Notes under the pieces: generated by a model | Seen by the model: the letters and a program-made list of their open reading frames with translations, nothing else | The model's database searches: none | What the model was told of the DNA's origin: nothing | Part shown: piece by piece, positions 52,735 to 63,425 of the stretch | Position numbering within the stretch: the stretch's first letter is position 1 | How the letters are laid out: every line of letters starts with the position of its first letter | Made by a program: the position numbers and the translations under genes | Assembly (NCBI GenBank): GCA_029256705.1 | Contig: JAQSXK010000006.1 | Location: 3,021 to 67,020 of the forward strand | DNA: 64,000 bases | Reading direction: 5' to 3' | Source: Clostridia bacterium | GTDB taxonomy: Bacteria; Bacillota; Clostridia; TANB77; CAG-465

Positions 52735-52984
52735 AAATAAAATCCCCTTTTTTCACCTTTTTATTGCATTATATCATAACAATATTTTTTTTTCAATATA
52801 TATACTAATTTTAATAAATAAATTTAATAGATTGAATTTATTTATTAAAATAAAAAAGATAGAAACATTAAATCTACCCGTTCATTTTTAATTCACTCTA
52901 CCTTAAATATTATATGAATTACAAAAAGATATATACAATTAATTAAAATAATATGAAATTAAATTATTAGAACAAGGTAAAATA

Positions 52985-53015
52985 AAAAAACTACCTTTTT
53001 GAGGTAGTTTTATAT
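52985..53015 (-). terminator. Terminator after the small Cys-rich peptide gene
   Basis: CTACCTC-aaaa-AGGTAG hairpin followed by a U-run on the minus strand. Confidence 0.6.
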
Positions 53016-53021
53016 ATAATT

Positions 53022-53171
53022 TTAAAATATGTCATTTGGGTAATAAGGTTCAATGCAATCTTTTTTATTATTGCAAAAACATGAAAATATTATAAATATT
53101 ATAATAAGTATAATTATACAACTACAACCAGAACCGAATATTCCACCTGTACTACAACGATCTTCACTCAT
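53022..53171 (-). CDS. 49-aa Cys-rich single-TM peptide (YjcZ-like sporulation peptide?)
   Basis: Perfect AGGAGG RBS 7 nt upstream. Sequence MSEDRCSTGGIFGSGCSCIIILIIIFIIFSCFCNNKKDCIEPYYPNDIF. Own terminator. Confidence 0.55.
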   Translation of the reverse strand: MSEDRCSTGGIFGSGCSCIIILIIIFIIFSCFCNNKKDCIEPYYPNDIF

Positions 53172-53182
53172 ATGAATACCTC

Positions 53183-53995
53183 CTAACGATTATTATAACT
53201 GTTTTGAAACATATTTATATTTTCCTGTGGCATTACATTAATCATTGGATTTGTAAATATTGGTTGCTGTTCTATAATTGGTTGCATATATTCAGAATTC
53301 TTTTTAAAGCATAAATACCAATCCATACAATTGTATCCCATAGGATTTTTTACTCTTTCTAATAATTCATCATAGGTTTTTGGATAAGGAACTATTACTG
53401 ATTGACCTGGCATCCAATTAGCGGGTGTCACAACACCTTCAATATCTGTAGTCTGTAGCGCATCTAATAATCTCAATATTTCTGGAATATTTCTTCCGTT
53501 TGACATTGGATATTGTAGTATAGCCCTTATTTTTTGTTCGGGATCGATAATAAACACACTTCTTACAGTTTGAGTAGCATTTTGATCAGCCGGTAACATT
53601 CCATACATTCTAGCAATTCTCATGTTTCTATCCGCAACAATTGGAAACGGTATTTGTATACCAGTCATTTTATAGATATTATATACCCAAGCTAAATGTG
53701 ATGGATTACTATCAATCGATAAACCAAGTAAATTAGTATTTCTATTTTTGAACTCTGGATAATATTTGGCAAATGCTATAAATTCAGTAGTACATACAGG
53801 TGTAAAATCTCCTGGATGAGAAAAAAATACTAACCATTTCCCTGCGTAATCTGACATTTTAGCAGGTCCAAATGTAGTTTCAGCTATAAATTCAGGTGCC
53901 CTCATTCCTATTGTAAGTAGTGCATCTTGTCTATAGGTATCTGTCATTTCTACAATTTCTCTATGTAAATTATCATTATGATTTTTGTTTTCCAT
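53183..53995 (-). CDS. Peroxiredoxin (AhpC/TSA family, Prx6-like)
   Basis: FFSHPGDFTPVCTTE peroxidatic Cys motif. Confidence 0.85.
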   Translation of the reverse strand: MENKNHNDNLHREIVEMTDTYRQDALLTIGMRAPEFIAETTFGPAKMSDYAGKWLVFFSHPGDFTPVCTTEFIAFAKYYPEFKNRNTNLLGLSIDSNPSHLAWVYNIYKMTGIQIPFPIVADRNMRIARMYGMLPADQNATQTVRSVFIIDPEQKIRAILQYPMSNGRNIPEILRLLDALQTTDIEGVVTPANWMPGQSVIVPYPKTYDELLERVKNPMGYNCMDWYLCFKKNSEYMQPIIEQQPIFTNPMINVMPQENINMFQNSYNNR

Positions 53996-54154
53996 TTTTT
54001 GTACCTCCTAGTTATATAATATTGATAGTTATTTGCGTTTGTTACATTAATACTTAAATAAAGATGATTTGGGTGGCAATTATATTTAAGATGTTTATTA
54101 TTAGAACAATCTTGTTATAAATTACATATATACTTATATGAGGCGAGTTAAAGT

Positions 54155-54394
54155 ATGGATTCATCAAAAAATCTAATGGATAATTGCGAGGGATATAAAT
54201 TAATTACATTAGCAACTTCGATATCAATTTTTTTAGCTGAAAATTTAAGTTTAGATGACCAAAATGTAATTGGTAATCTTATAGTAGGGGTGGGACAAAA
54301 TTTACTAATAATTGCCGCACAAAATTCTAAATTTCAGGATTGTATTCAAACATGCAAAAACAAAGAAATATCCAACCAAAATGATTGTATCTAA
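54155..54394 (+). CDS. 79-aa hypothetical protein
   Basis: The ORF has a GGCGAG RBS-like sequence. A terminator follows at 54403-54446. Confidence 0.4.
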   Translation: MDSSKNLMDNCEGYKLITLATSISIFLAENLSLDDQNVIGNLIVGVGQNLLIIAAQNSKFQDCIQTCKNKEISNQNDCI

Positions 54395-54471
54395 TAATTT
54401 ACAAAAAGACGTAATAATTTCATTCGAAATCGTTACGTCTTTTTTATTATAATGATTTATATATAATATTA

Positions 54472-55233
54472 TTATTTTATTAAATCTTTGACAACTTCTG
54501 ATGCTATTATTAATCCAACAACAGAAGGGACAAATGATATGCTACCTGGAATTTGCCTTTTTGCGGTACATTTTCTTACTGTACCTTTTGGACAGACGCA
54601 ATTTTTTTTACAAGAAGATTCACAATCGCTTATAGGTACTAACGGTTCTTCTTTAGAATAAACAATTTTAAGTGACTCTATATTTCTTTTTCTTAGCTCT
54701 TTTCTCATAACTCTTGCAACAGGACACATTGAAGATTTTTTAATATCTGAAATTTCAAATCTTGTAGGGTCTAGTTTGTTGCCAGCACCCATGCTAGATA
54801 TTATTGGGATATTTTTTTCTTTTGCTTTAATAACTAAATCAATTTTTGAACCAATTGTATCAATTGCATCAACTATGTAATCATAATCTTCACTAATAAG
54901 TTGGCCTGAATTTTCTGGATTTAAAAAAGTTAAATGAGTAATAACAGTGGCTTTAGGATTTATATCTAGTATTCTATTTTTCATAGCTTCCACTTTTTCA
55001 ATACCAACGGTTTTTGTTGTAGCATGTATTTGTCTATTTATATTTGTAAGACATATTTTATCATCGTCTATAAGAATAAATTTACCGACACCAGATCTTG
55101 CCAGTCCTTCGGCAGCATATGACCCAACACCACCTATACCAAATATAGCAACTGAACTGTTCATTAGTTTATTCAGATTATCTTTTCCTATTAATAATTC
55201 TGTTCTGGAAAATTTATTTAACATTTGTATCAC
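54472..55233 (-). CDS. tcdA: ThiF/MoeB-family tRNA threonylcarbamoyladenosine dehydratase
   Basis: Rossmann GIGGVGSY motif plus a C-terminal Cys-rich tail. Confidence 0.75.
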   Translation of the reverse strand: MIQMLNKFSRTELLIGKDNLNKLMNSSVAIFGIGGVGSYAAEGLARSGVGKFILIDDDKICLTNINRQIHATTKTVGIEKVEAMKNRILDINPKATVITHLTFLNPENSGQLISEDYDYIVDAIDTIGSKIDLVIKAKEKNIPIISSMGAGNKLDPTRFEISDIKKSSMCPVARVMRKELRKRNIESLKIVYSKEEPLVPISDCESSCKKNCVCPKGTVRKCTAKRQIPGSISFVPSVVGLIIASEVVKDLIK

Positions 55234-55407
55234 CTTTCTAAGCTTATAACGTATAGATTATATCACAATTTTTCCTTTCTTTCAATAAAAAATAAATTAT
55301 TGGTACAAAATATAATTAATAAAACTAGCGTTAAAACAAAATGTTATTAAATAGTTGATTTTAAGTATTAAATATGATACAATGAAATAAATTTTAAGGG
55401 GTGTATT

Positions 55408-57279
55408 ATGAGAATATTAAAAGATTTTAAAGTACCAAATTTTAAAATACCAAAATTTAGAATGCCAGGAATATCTAATATTGAAGAATTAAGTATTGAA
55501 AATGAAAAAGAAAAAATTAAGGAGAAAAAAAATTCAAAAAATCGCGTAGTTAAGAGACACGTAACTATTCAAGAGATGTTTATTGAATCAACTGAAAAAT
55601 ATAAAGAAAATGTTTGTATACTTGAAAAATTTGATCACAAAGGTGAGTATTCAGAAATTAAATATTCAAATTTTAGGGAAGATGTAGTAGGATTAGGAAC
55701 AGGTATTATAGAATTGCTTGGGCTTAAAGATAAAAGAGTTATTATAATCGGTGAAAATACATATAATTGGTATGTTTCTTATATGACACTTCTTTGTGGT
55801 GGTATAATTGCAGTGCCGGTGGATAAAGAACTACCAGCTAATGAAATTGAAAATATCGTTAAAAGAAGTAGAGCTTCTGCCATTATATATTCTCCTCGTA
55901 AAAAAGATGTAATTGAAAAAATTAAAAATAATTTGCAGGAAATCGAATATTTTATTGAAATGTACTCTGAAAAAGAGTTATCTGGCAAAGATGTTGGATT
56001 TAATTATGTTACAAATGTCGGAAAGCAGTTATACAAAAATGGAAATAATAGTTTTCTTTCTACTAAAATAGAGCCAGATGAGTTTAAGGTTTTATTGTTT
56101 ACTTCAGGAACAACATCTAGCTCTAAGGGTGTTATGTTATGCAATAGAAATTTAGTAGATAATATATGGGGTGCACTTTCATATGCTGAAATGGATAGTA
56201 AAGATAGATTTTTTTCTATATTACCACTACATCATACATATGAATCCACAATTGGCTTTTTAATACCTATTTCTGAAGGGTCTTCTATAGCAGTTTGTGA
56301 AGGTCTGAAGTATATTGTACAAAATCTTAAAGAAACAAAACCTACAATAATGCTCGCTGTACCTTTATTAGTTGAAACTTTATATAAAAAAATTAATGCC
56401 GGTATTAAAAAGAGTAAAAAAGAAGGTATAGTTAATTCGATGATTCATGTGACTAATGCATTGAAATCAGTAAATATAGATATAAAAAGAAAAGTTTTCA
56501 GTGAAATATATGATAATTTAGGTGGCAATATTAGAATTATAGTAAGCGCTGCTGCACCTATAGATGCTAAAGTTGGTAAATGGGTAGAAGATATTGGAAT
56601 ATTGTTTTTACAAGGTTATGGTCTTACAGAAACTGCTCCAATAGCTGCACTTACACCTGAATTTAAACCTAAGGTTGGATCAACAGGAATAGCTGTACCT
56701 TGTAGTGAAATTAAGATAAAAGATCCAAACGAAAAAGGTGAAGGAGAAATATTAATAAAAAGTACTACTTTAATGTTAGGATATTATGAGGATGAAGAAG
56801 CAACAAAAGCTTGTGTTATAGATGGATGGTTCCATTCTGGAGATATTGGATATATGGATGAAGAGGGATATCTTTATATAACTGGTAGATGTAAAAATGT
56901 AATAGTAACCCGCAATGGTAAAAACATATATCCTGAAGAGTTAGAACTTATGCTTGCTAAAATACCTTATATTAAAGAATGTATGGTGTATGGTTTAGAA
57001 GAAGACGGTAATAAAGACGATCTGAAAATAGCTGTTAAGGTTACAGTTAATGATGAATATATAGAGCAAAATCATAGCGTAAAACCGTCAAAAGAAGAAA
57101 TATATAACATAATATGGAATGCTATAAAAACTATAAATAGAAGTTTAACATCATATAAAGCTATTAAGCATCTTGAAATTAAGGAAGATGAGTTTGAAAA
57201 AACTACAACAATGAAAATAAAAAGATTTGCTGAAATGAAAAAAGATCAAGAAAAGAAAATTGAAACTCAAAATAAATAA
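55408..57279 (+). CDS. Long-chain fatty-acid--CoA ligase (AMP-binding), paralog 1
   Basis: AMP-binding LFTSGTTSSSKGVM, GYGLTET. Confidence 0.85.
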   Translation: MRILKDFKVPNFKIPKFRMPGISNIEELSIENEKEKIKEKKNSKNRVVKRHVTIQEMFIESTEKYKENVCILEKFDHKGEYSEIKYSNFREDVVGLGTGIIELLGLKDKRVIIIGENTYNWYVSYMTLLCGGIIAVPVDKELPANEIENIVKRSRASAIIYSPRKKDVIEKIKNNLQEIEYFIEMYSEKELSGKDVGFNYVTNVGKQLYKNGNNSFLSTKIEPDEFKVLLFTSGTTSSSKGVMLCNRNLVDNIWGALSYAEMDSKDRFFSILPLHHTYESTIGFLIPISEGSSIAVCEGLKYIVQNLKETKPTIMLAVPLLVETLYKKINAGIKKSKKEGIVNSMIHVTNALKSVNIDIKRKVFSEIYDNLGGNIRIIVSAAAPIDAKVGKWVEDIGILFLQGYGLTETAPIAALTPEFKPKVGSTGIAVPCSEIKIKDPNEKGEGEILIKSTTLMLGYYEDEEATKACVIDGWFHSGDIGYMDEEGYLYITGRCKNVIVTRNGKNIYPEELELMLAKIPYIKECMVYGLEEDGNKDDLKIAVKVTVNDEYIEQNHSVKPSKEEIYNIIWNAIKTINRSLTSYKAIKHLEIKEDEFEKTTTMKIKRFAEMKKDQEKKIETQNK

Positions 57280-57306
57280 ATTAAAAACAACGTGCTAAAA
57301 TTTGTT

Positions 57307-57345
57307 AAAACAATGCTTTTTTTATATAAAGCATTGTTTTTTTAT
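57307..57345 (+). terminator. Rho-independent terminator
   Basis: AACAATGCTTT / AAAGCATTGTT hairpin followed by a T-run. Confidence 0.65.
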
Positions 57346-57373
57346 ACTAAATAGTATATAATAACGTTTGTAG

Positions 57374-58225
57374 GTGATAGTAATGAAAAAGAAAATTATA
57401 ATTATCTCAACGTCAGTGATTGCTTTATTAACAATAGTTATATTGGCTTCATATATTCTGACAAAAAATAGTGAATTGGGCGGTAAAAAATCAGACAATA
57501 TTCAGGAACAACCATTGATTAATTCTAACAATAACGAAGAGAAAACTGTAGATCCAAGTGAATATATAGAGATAAATAAAGATAGTCAACTGGCTAGGGA
57601 AATATATAATTTTGTACCTAAGTATCTTCAAAATACAATTGATAAGATGTCAGGAGAATATATATTATATTCTGCAATTTCTAGACTTGAGGAAACACAA
57701 AGTCCTACAATTAGTTATATGGTAGGTGATGAGAAGATTTCCGGGTATAGATATGATACTGTTTTAAAGGCTGCTAAAGAAATATATGGAAATAGTATTA
57801 AAATCGATAAGAAAGATGAATATAAATTACCAATTGGCTATAGCTATAAGGATGATGCATTTTGTAAATATGCCATGGGTTTTGGGTCATCTGAAGAATT
57901 TCAAATAATAAAAGAATTAAAAGAAAATGATAAGACATATAAACTTACACTATATGCGCTAAGTATAGAGTATGATATTAACGATTTAACACATATTTTT
58001 ATTTCTACTAAAAATACATATAAGTTGTATAAAAGTTCAAGTAGTGATTTAGAAGCTATAAGAAAAAGTATGGAAGAATACGTTTTGAATGGAATAGACT
58101 TAGATCCAACAAATGTAGCAAACGAGTATAAAAACAGCTTGCCATTAATAGAATATGAATTAGAGAAGCTAGATGATAGAGGAACAAAATATTTTGTAAA
58201 AAATGTTAAACTTATTTTTGATTAA
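57374..58225 (+). CDS. Membrane-anchored hypothetical protein
   Basis: 283 aa with an N-terminal TM anchor and no recognisable domain. Confidence 0.5.
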   Translation: MIVMKKKIIIISTSVIALLTIVILASYILTKNSELGGKKSDNIQEQPLINSNNNEEKTVDPSEYIEINKDSQLAREIYNFVPKYLQNTIDKMSGEYILYSAISRLEETQSPTISYMVGDEKISGYRYDTVLKAAKEIYGNSIKIDKKDEYKLPIGYSYKDDAFCKYAMGFGSSEEFQIIKELKENDKTYKLTLYALSIEYDINDLTHIFISTKNTYKLYKSSSSDLEAIRKSMEEYVLNGIDLDPTNVANEYKNSLPLIEYELEKLDDRGTKYFVKNVKLIFD

Positions 58226-58240
58226 TATAGGAGGATTGTT

Positions 58241-59956
58241 ATGAAAAAAATAGAGAGAATGGATACCTTAAAAGATTTTGTACTAAAAAGATGTGATCTA
58301 TATGCTGAAAAGATAGCTATAATAGAAAGAAATAAAAAAACAAATAAATTTGATGAGATAAAGTTTAAACAGATAAAAGAGGATATACTTAATCTTGGAA
58401 CTGCGCTACTTTTGAAGTTAAACCTAGATAATGAAAAAATTGCTGTTATAGGAGAAAACAGTTATAAATGGTTTGTTACATATATGGCAACCGCTTGTGG
58501 GGTAGGAATTATTGTTCCTCTAGATAAAGAATTACCAGCTAATGAAGTTTTAAATCTATTAAATAGATCTAGAGCTAAATGTATTGTATATTCCAGCAAG
58601 AAAAAAGAACTGATTAATGAATTGAAAGATAAGTTGCCAAAAGACACGGTGTACATTGAAATGGATAAGGAAAATTCAAATGAAGAGTCTTATTCATTTG
58701 ATGAATTATTGGTTGAAGGAAAAGAATTAATTGATACTGGCTCACACGAATATATTGAGAGAAAAGTCGATCCTAACGAGTTTAAAATTTTATTATTTAC
58801 TTCTGGAACTACTTCAAACTCAAAAGGTGTTATGCTATCACATAACAATATAGCTAGCAATGTATACTCAATAGCTTATGCATATAGTGAACAAACAACA
58901 CTTAGATTCCTATCTTTTTTACCAATGCACCATACATATGAGTTCACAGTAACATATTTATCTGTTTTAAGTGAAGGTGGTAGTGTAGGAATATGTGAAG
59001 GATTAAGATATATAATGCAAAATTTGTCTGATATGAAACCTGATTGTATAACATGTGTTCCACTGCTTGCTGATAATATTAAAAAGAAAATTGAAAAAAC
59101 AATAAAGAAGGAAAATAAGCAAGGTTTAGTGGATACCGTCGTTAAGGTAAGTTCCTTTTTAGGTGGGGCAAAAACGGATATTAGAAGAAAGATATTTAAA
59201 AAAATACATGATAATTTGGGTGGAAATTTAAAATATATATTAATAGGTGCTGCACCAACTGATAAAGAAACTGTAGACGCCATGGAAGGATATGGATTTG
59301 TAATACTTCAGGGTTATGGTCTTACAGAAACTTCACCACTCGTTGCGGGTACTTTAGTTAAAACTAGAAAATCTGGAACTGTTGGCGTTGCTATTAAAGA
59401 CGTTGAGGTAAGAATAGATTTAAAAGAGGATGAAATAGAAAATTCTGGTGAAATAATGGTTAAAGGTCCAAACGTTATGTTAGGATATTACGAGGACGAA
59501 GAGGCGACAAAAAAAGTTCTCAAAAAAGGTTGGTTTTATACTGGGGATGTAGGATACTTTGATAATCAGGGCAATTTAGTCATATCAGGAAGAACAAAAA
59601 ATGTTATAGTAACGCAAAATGGAAAAAATATATATCCCGAAGAAATAGAAAATTACATAAATAAAATACCTTACGTTTCTGAATCGATGGTTTATGGACT
59701 AGGTGAAGATCAAAATAGTATAATAGTTGCAGCAAAAGTTACTTTAGACGAGGAATATATGGAGGAAACATATGCTTCTAATAGACCTTCAGATGAGCAA
59801 ATACATGAACTAATATGGGAGGAAATCAAAAAGATTAATAGAAAATTAGTACCATATAAAGCGGTAAAAAATTTAGAGATAAAAAAAGATGAGTTTGAAA
59901 AGACAACTACATTAAAGATTAAAAGGTTTGCTGAGATGAGTAAAGTAAAAAAATAG
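58241..59956 (+). CDS. Long-chain fatty-acid--CoA ligase (AMP-binding), paralog 2
   Basis: LFTSGTTSNSKGVM. Shares the C-terminal tail KDEFEKTTT.KIKRFAEM with paralog 1. Confidence 0.85.
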   Translation: MKKIERMDTLKDFVLKRCDLYAEKIAIIERNKKTNKFDEIKFKQIKEDILNLGTALLLKLNLDNEKIAVIGENSYKWFVTYMATACGVGIIVPLDKELPANEVLNLLNRSRAKCIVYSSKKKELINELKDKLPKDTVYIEMDKENSNEESYSFDELLVEGKELIDTGSHEYIERKVDPNEFKILLFTSGTTSNSKGVMLSHNNIASNVYSIAYAYSEQTTLRFLSFLPMHHTYEFTVTYLSVLSEGGSVGICEGLRYIMQNLSDMKPDCITCVPLLADNIKKKIEKTIKKENKQGLVDTVVKVSSFLGGAKTDIRRKIFKKIHDNLGGNLKYILIGAAPTDKETVDAMEGYGFVILQGYGLTETSPLVAGTLVKTRKSGTVGVAIKDVEVRIDLKEDEIENSGEIMVKGPNVMLGYYEDEEATKKVLKKGWFYTGDVGYFDNQGNLVISGRTKNVIVTQNGKNIYPEEIENYINKIPYVSESMVYGLGEDQNSIIVAAKVTLDEEYMEETYASNRPSDEQIHELIWEEIKKINRKLVPYKAVKNLEIKKDEFEKTTTLKIKRFAEMSKVKK

Positions 59957-60273
59957 TTTGATAGTAAAAAACATTATGGAGTTTTCCATAGTGTTTTTTT
60001 ATAAATAGCTAAATAAATGGTCAAAATCATTTAAAATGCTTGAAAACTAAACATGAATGATATATACTTTATACATTACATTATGTTGCTACTATGTCCC
60101 AATATATATACTTATACAGTAATATCTAATAATGTAAAATAAAGCAGAAACAAACATTGGTTTTAAAAAACTTAGCTATTTTTTAAAATTTTTAACTAAA
60201 AGTGTTGACAAACCATTTTTTACATAGTATAATAATTTCAAACAAACGTTTTAATATTTGTAAGGAGGAAATT

Positions 60274-61344
60274 ATGATTTCAGAAGAAAGAAAAAAAGCG
60301 CTTGACATTGCAATGGCGCAAATCGAAAAAAATTTTGGTAAAGGTTCTGTCATGAAACTTGGTGAAGTTTCAGACGTAAACATTGACTCTATACCAAGCG
60401 GTGCACTTAGTTTAGACATTGCACTTGGCATAGGTGGTTACCCAAGAGGTAGAATTATAGAAATATTTGGACCAGAATCATCTGGTAAAACAACACTTGC
60501 TTTACATGCAATTGCTGAGGCACAAAAATTAGGTGGCATAGCAGCATTTATTGATGCAGAACATGCATTAGATCCTGTGTATGCAAGACAATTAGGTGTT
60601 GATGTGGATAATTTAGTTGTATCACAACCTGATACAGGAGAGCAAGCTTTAGAAATTACGGAACAATTAATACGTAGTGGGGCAGTTGATATCATAACTA
60701 TAGATTCTGTTGCAGCACTTGTACCCAAAGCTGAAATTGATGGTGAAATGGGCGATAGTCATATAGGTTTACAAGCAAGACTTATGTCACAAGCTTTAAG
60801 AAAATTAACAGGAGTTATTAGTAAATCTAAAACAGTAGTTATATTTATAAATCAATTACGTGAAAAAGTTGGTATTATGTTTGGAAATCCAGAAACTACA
60901 CCAGGTGGTAGAGCACTTAAGTTTTACTCATCTGTTAGATTAGACATAAGAAAACAAGAAGCAATAAAAACTAATGGAGAAGTTACTGGTAGTAGAACTA
61001 AAGTTAAAGTAGTAAAAAATAAAGTTGCTCCTCCTTTTAGAGAAGCTGAATTTGATATTATTTATGGACATGGCATATCAAATGAAGGATGTATTTTAGA
61101 TTTAGCAGCATCATTAGATATTGTTAATAAGAGTGGAGCTTGGTTTGCTTACAATGGAGAAAAAATCGGTCAAGGAAGAGAAAATGCAAAACAATATTTA
61201 TTAGATAATCCTAAAACAATGAAGGAAATTGAGAAGAAAGTTAGAGAAAATTTTGATAAAGCCTTTGAAAAGAGTATGGGTGAAATACCAGAAGTGGGTT
61301 TAGTTGATGAAGATGAAAATTTAGAAGAAATAAGTGAAAAATAA
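60274..61344 (+). CDS. recA: Recombinase RecA
   Basis: [31 protein letters not shown], Walker [24 protein letters not shown]. Confidence 0.97.
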   Translation: MISEERKKALDIAMAQIEKNFGKGSVMKLGEVSDVNIDSIPSGALSLDIALGIGGYPRGRIIEIFGPESSGKTTLALHAIAEAQKLGGIAAFIDAEHALDPVYARQLGVDVDNLVVSQPDTGEQALEITEQLIRSGAVDIITIDSVAALVPKAEIDGEMGDSHIGLQARLMSQALRKLTGVISKSKTVVIFINQLREKVGIMFGNPETTPGGRALKFYSSVRLDIRKQEAIKTNGEVTGSRTKVKVVKNKVAPPFREAEFDIIYGHGISNEGCILDLAASLDIVNKSGAWFAYNGEKIGQGRENAKQYLLDNPKTMKEIEKKVRENFDKAFEKSMGEIPEVGLVDEDENLEEISEK

Positions 61345-61748
61345 TGGAGTTTGAAGAAGCTAAATTTAAAGCTATAAAATATTTAGGAATATCTAAAAAA
61401 ACTGAATATGAAGTGGAAATGAAACTTAAAAGATTAAATATAGATGAAAAAATTATAAATAAGGTTATACAATATTTGATAGAAATCAATTATATTAATG
61501 ATTTAGATTATGTTGAGTCTTTTATAAGACAAAACGAGAAAATGTTAAAGTATTCTATCTATGAAATTTCCGAAAAATTGAAAGTTAAAGGAGTAAATTC
61601 AGATTTAATTGAAGATAGATTAAACAATTTATCTTTTAAAAATTATGAAAATAGTGTAATTGAAAAAATTATTAATTCCAAATCAAAAAATATGGATATA
61701 GAAAAAATAAATCAATATTTATTTAGAAGAGGTTTCAAAAAAAGATAA
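61344..61748 (+). CDS. recX: RecA regulator RecX
   Basis: 134 aa. Follows recA. Confidence 0.8.
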   Translation: MEFEEAKFKAIKYLGISKKTEYEVEMKLKRLNIDEKIINKVIQYLIEINYINDLDYVESFIRQNEKMLKYSIYEISEKLKVKGVNSDLIEDRLNNLSFKNYENSVIEKIINSKSKNMDIEKINQYLFRRGFKKR

Positions 61749-61766
61749 AGATGAGGAGAATGAATT

Positions 61767-62492
61767 ATGACTAACACACCAACTGTTCACAATAGTGCAA
61801 ATTATGGAGATATAGCAAAAATTGTTTTAATGCCAGGTGACCCATTGCGCGCTAAATTTATTGCAGAAAATTACCTTGAAAATGTTGTATGTTTTAATGA
61901 GCTTAGAGGAATGTTAGGTTTTACAGGAATATATAAGGGTAAAAAAGTTTCTGTTATGGGTAGTGGTATGGGTATGCCAAGTATTGGTATATATTCATAT
62001 GAATTATTTAAATTTTATGATGTTGAAAAAATAATTAGAATCGGTTCTTGTGGTGGATATTCTGAAGATTTAGAACTATTGGATACTATTCTTGTAGATA
62101 ATGCATATAGCGAAAGTACTTTTGCCTTAACATTTAATAGTTGCAAGGATAACTTGTTATCTGGATCAAAAGAATTAACTGATATACTTTCAAATGTTGC
62201 AGATAGATTAAATATTAAAGTTAAAAGGGGTACTGTTTTAACTAGTGATGGTTTTGATTATTATATTGATGTAAAATCTTTGCTAGGTAGAATCCCACAA
62301 GAAATAAAATGTATTGGTGCTGAAATGGAATGTTTTGGATTATTTCATGTAGCTAATTCATTAAATAAAAAAGCAGCTTGTCTTTTATCTGTTGTAGATT
62401 CACATACAAAAAAAACATTAGTCTCACCTAAAGATAGAGAAAAATCACTAAAAAATATGATAGAGATAGCTCTAGAATCAGTTTTAGAGTAA
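61767..62492 (+). CDS. deoD: Purine nucleoside phosphorylase, DeoD type
   Basis: VLMPGDPLRAKFIAE...RGMLGFTGIYKGKKVSVMGSGMGMPS. Confidence 0.9.
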   Translation: MTNTPTVHNSANYGDIAKIVLMPGDPLRAKFIAENYLENVVCFNELRGMLGFTGIYKGKKVSVMGSGMGMPSIGIYSYELFKFYDVEKIIRIGSCGGYSEDLELLDTILVDNAYSESTFALTFNSCKDNLLSGSKELTDILSNVADRLNIKVKRGTVLTSDGFDYYIDVKSLLGRIPQEIKCIGAEMECFGLFHVANSLNKKAACLLSVVDSHTKKTLVSPKDREKSLKNMIEIALESVLE

Positions 62493-62506
62493 TTAAAGGA
62501 ATTGAT

Positions 62507-63301
62507 ATGAAAGAAAAAATTTTAAATAATAATGATGAATATAAATTGATTATAGATAATTTTGAGGGACCTTTAGATTTGCTTTTATTTCTTATTTCTA
62601 AGAATAAAATGAATATATTTGATATTTCTCTTAGCGATTTAACAGATAAATATATTGATTATCTTAATGAAATGTCTAATTTGAATCTTGATATAGCAAG
62701 CAGCTTTGTTGTTATGGCATCTACATTATTAGATATAAAAGCTAGAAAGCTTCTTCCAGAACTTGAAGAAAAGGTAGAGAATGAGCTAACAGAAGAAGAT
62801 ATTATATCTAGAATAATTGAATATAAGAAATATAAAGAAATTAGTAATACAATTGGTAATATGTATATATCTAATTTTGGAACGTTTGATAAACCTATGG
62901 AGAAAATTAAATTTGCCAAGACAATGCAGTATACTGGTGAAAAGTTTGAAAAAGATGAATTATTTGATATTTATAATGAAATAATAAGTAGGAACATTAA
63001 TAAAATGAACGCAAATGCAAAAGAGATTGAGAGATTAACTTTATATGAGAAAGTTACTGTAAAAGATAAGGCTAAACAGATAATATCTTATTTAGAAAAA
63101 AATGATTGTCTCGTATTTAATAAGGTTTTTAATACAGAAGAAATAGATAATTTAGAAGTTGTTACAGCTTTTTTAGGCACTTTAGAGTTAACAAAGTTAA
63201 AACAAGTATATGTTGATCAGAAGAAACAATTTTCCGATATATTTATTAAGAGAAATAACGATGTAAAAGTAGAATATGACTTATCTAGAATAGCAGAATA
63301 A
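62507..63301 (+). CDS. scpA: Segregation and condensation protein A
   Basis: FEGPLDLLLFLISKNKMNIFDISLSDLTDKY. Confidence 0.85.
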   Translation: MKEKILNNNDEYKLIIDNFEGPLDLLLFLISKNKMNIFDISLSDLTDKYIDYLNEMSNLNLDIASSFVVMASTLLDIKARKLLPELEEKVENELTEEDIISRIIEYKKYKEISNTIGNMYISNFGTFDKPMEKIKFAKTMQYTGEKFEKDELFDIYNEIISRNINKMNANAKEIERLTLYEKVTVKDKAKQIISYLEKNDCLVFNKVFNTEEIDNLEVVTAFLGTLELTKLKQVYVDQKKQFSDIFIKRNNDVKVEYDLSRIAE

Positions 63302-63307
63302 TTAAAC

Positions 63308-63353
63308 AAAACACAAAATTTAAGCAATAAAGTTTGAATTTTGTGTTTTTTTA
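63308..63353 (+). terminator. Rho-independent terminator
   Basis: AAACACAAAATT / AATTTTGTGTTT hairpin followed by a T-run. Confidence 0.65.
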
Positions 63354-63425
63354 TGATTTTTAAGGTATGCTATTGAAAAAAAAAACTTTTTATGATACTA
63401 TATAATCGATAGGGGAGAGATAATT

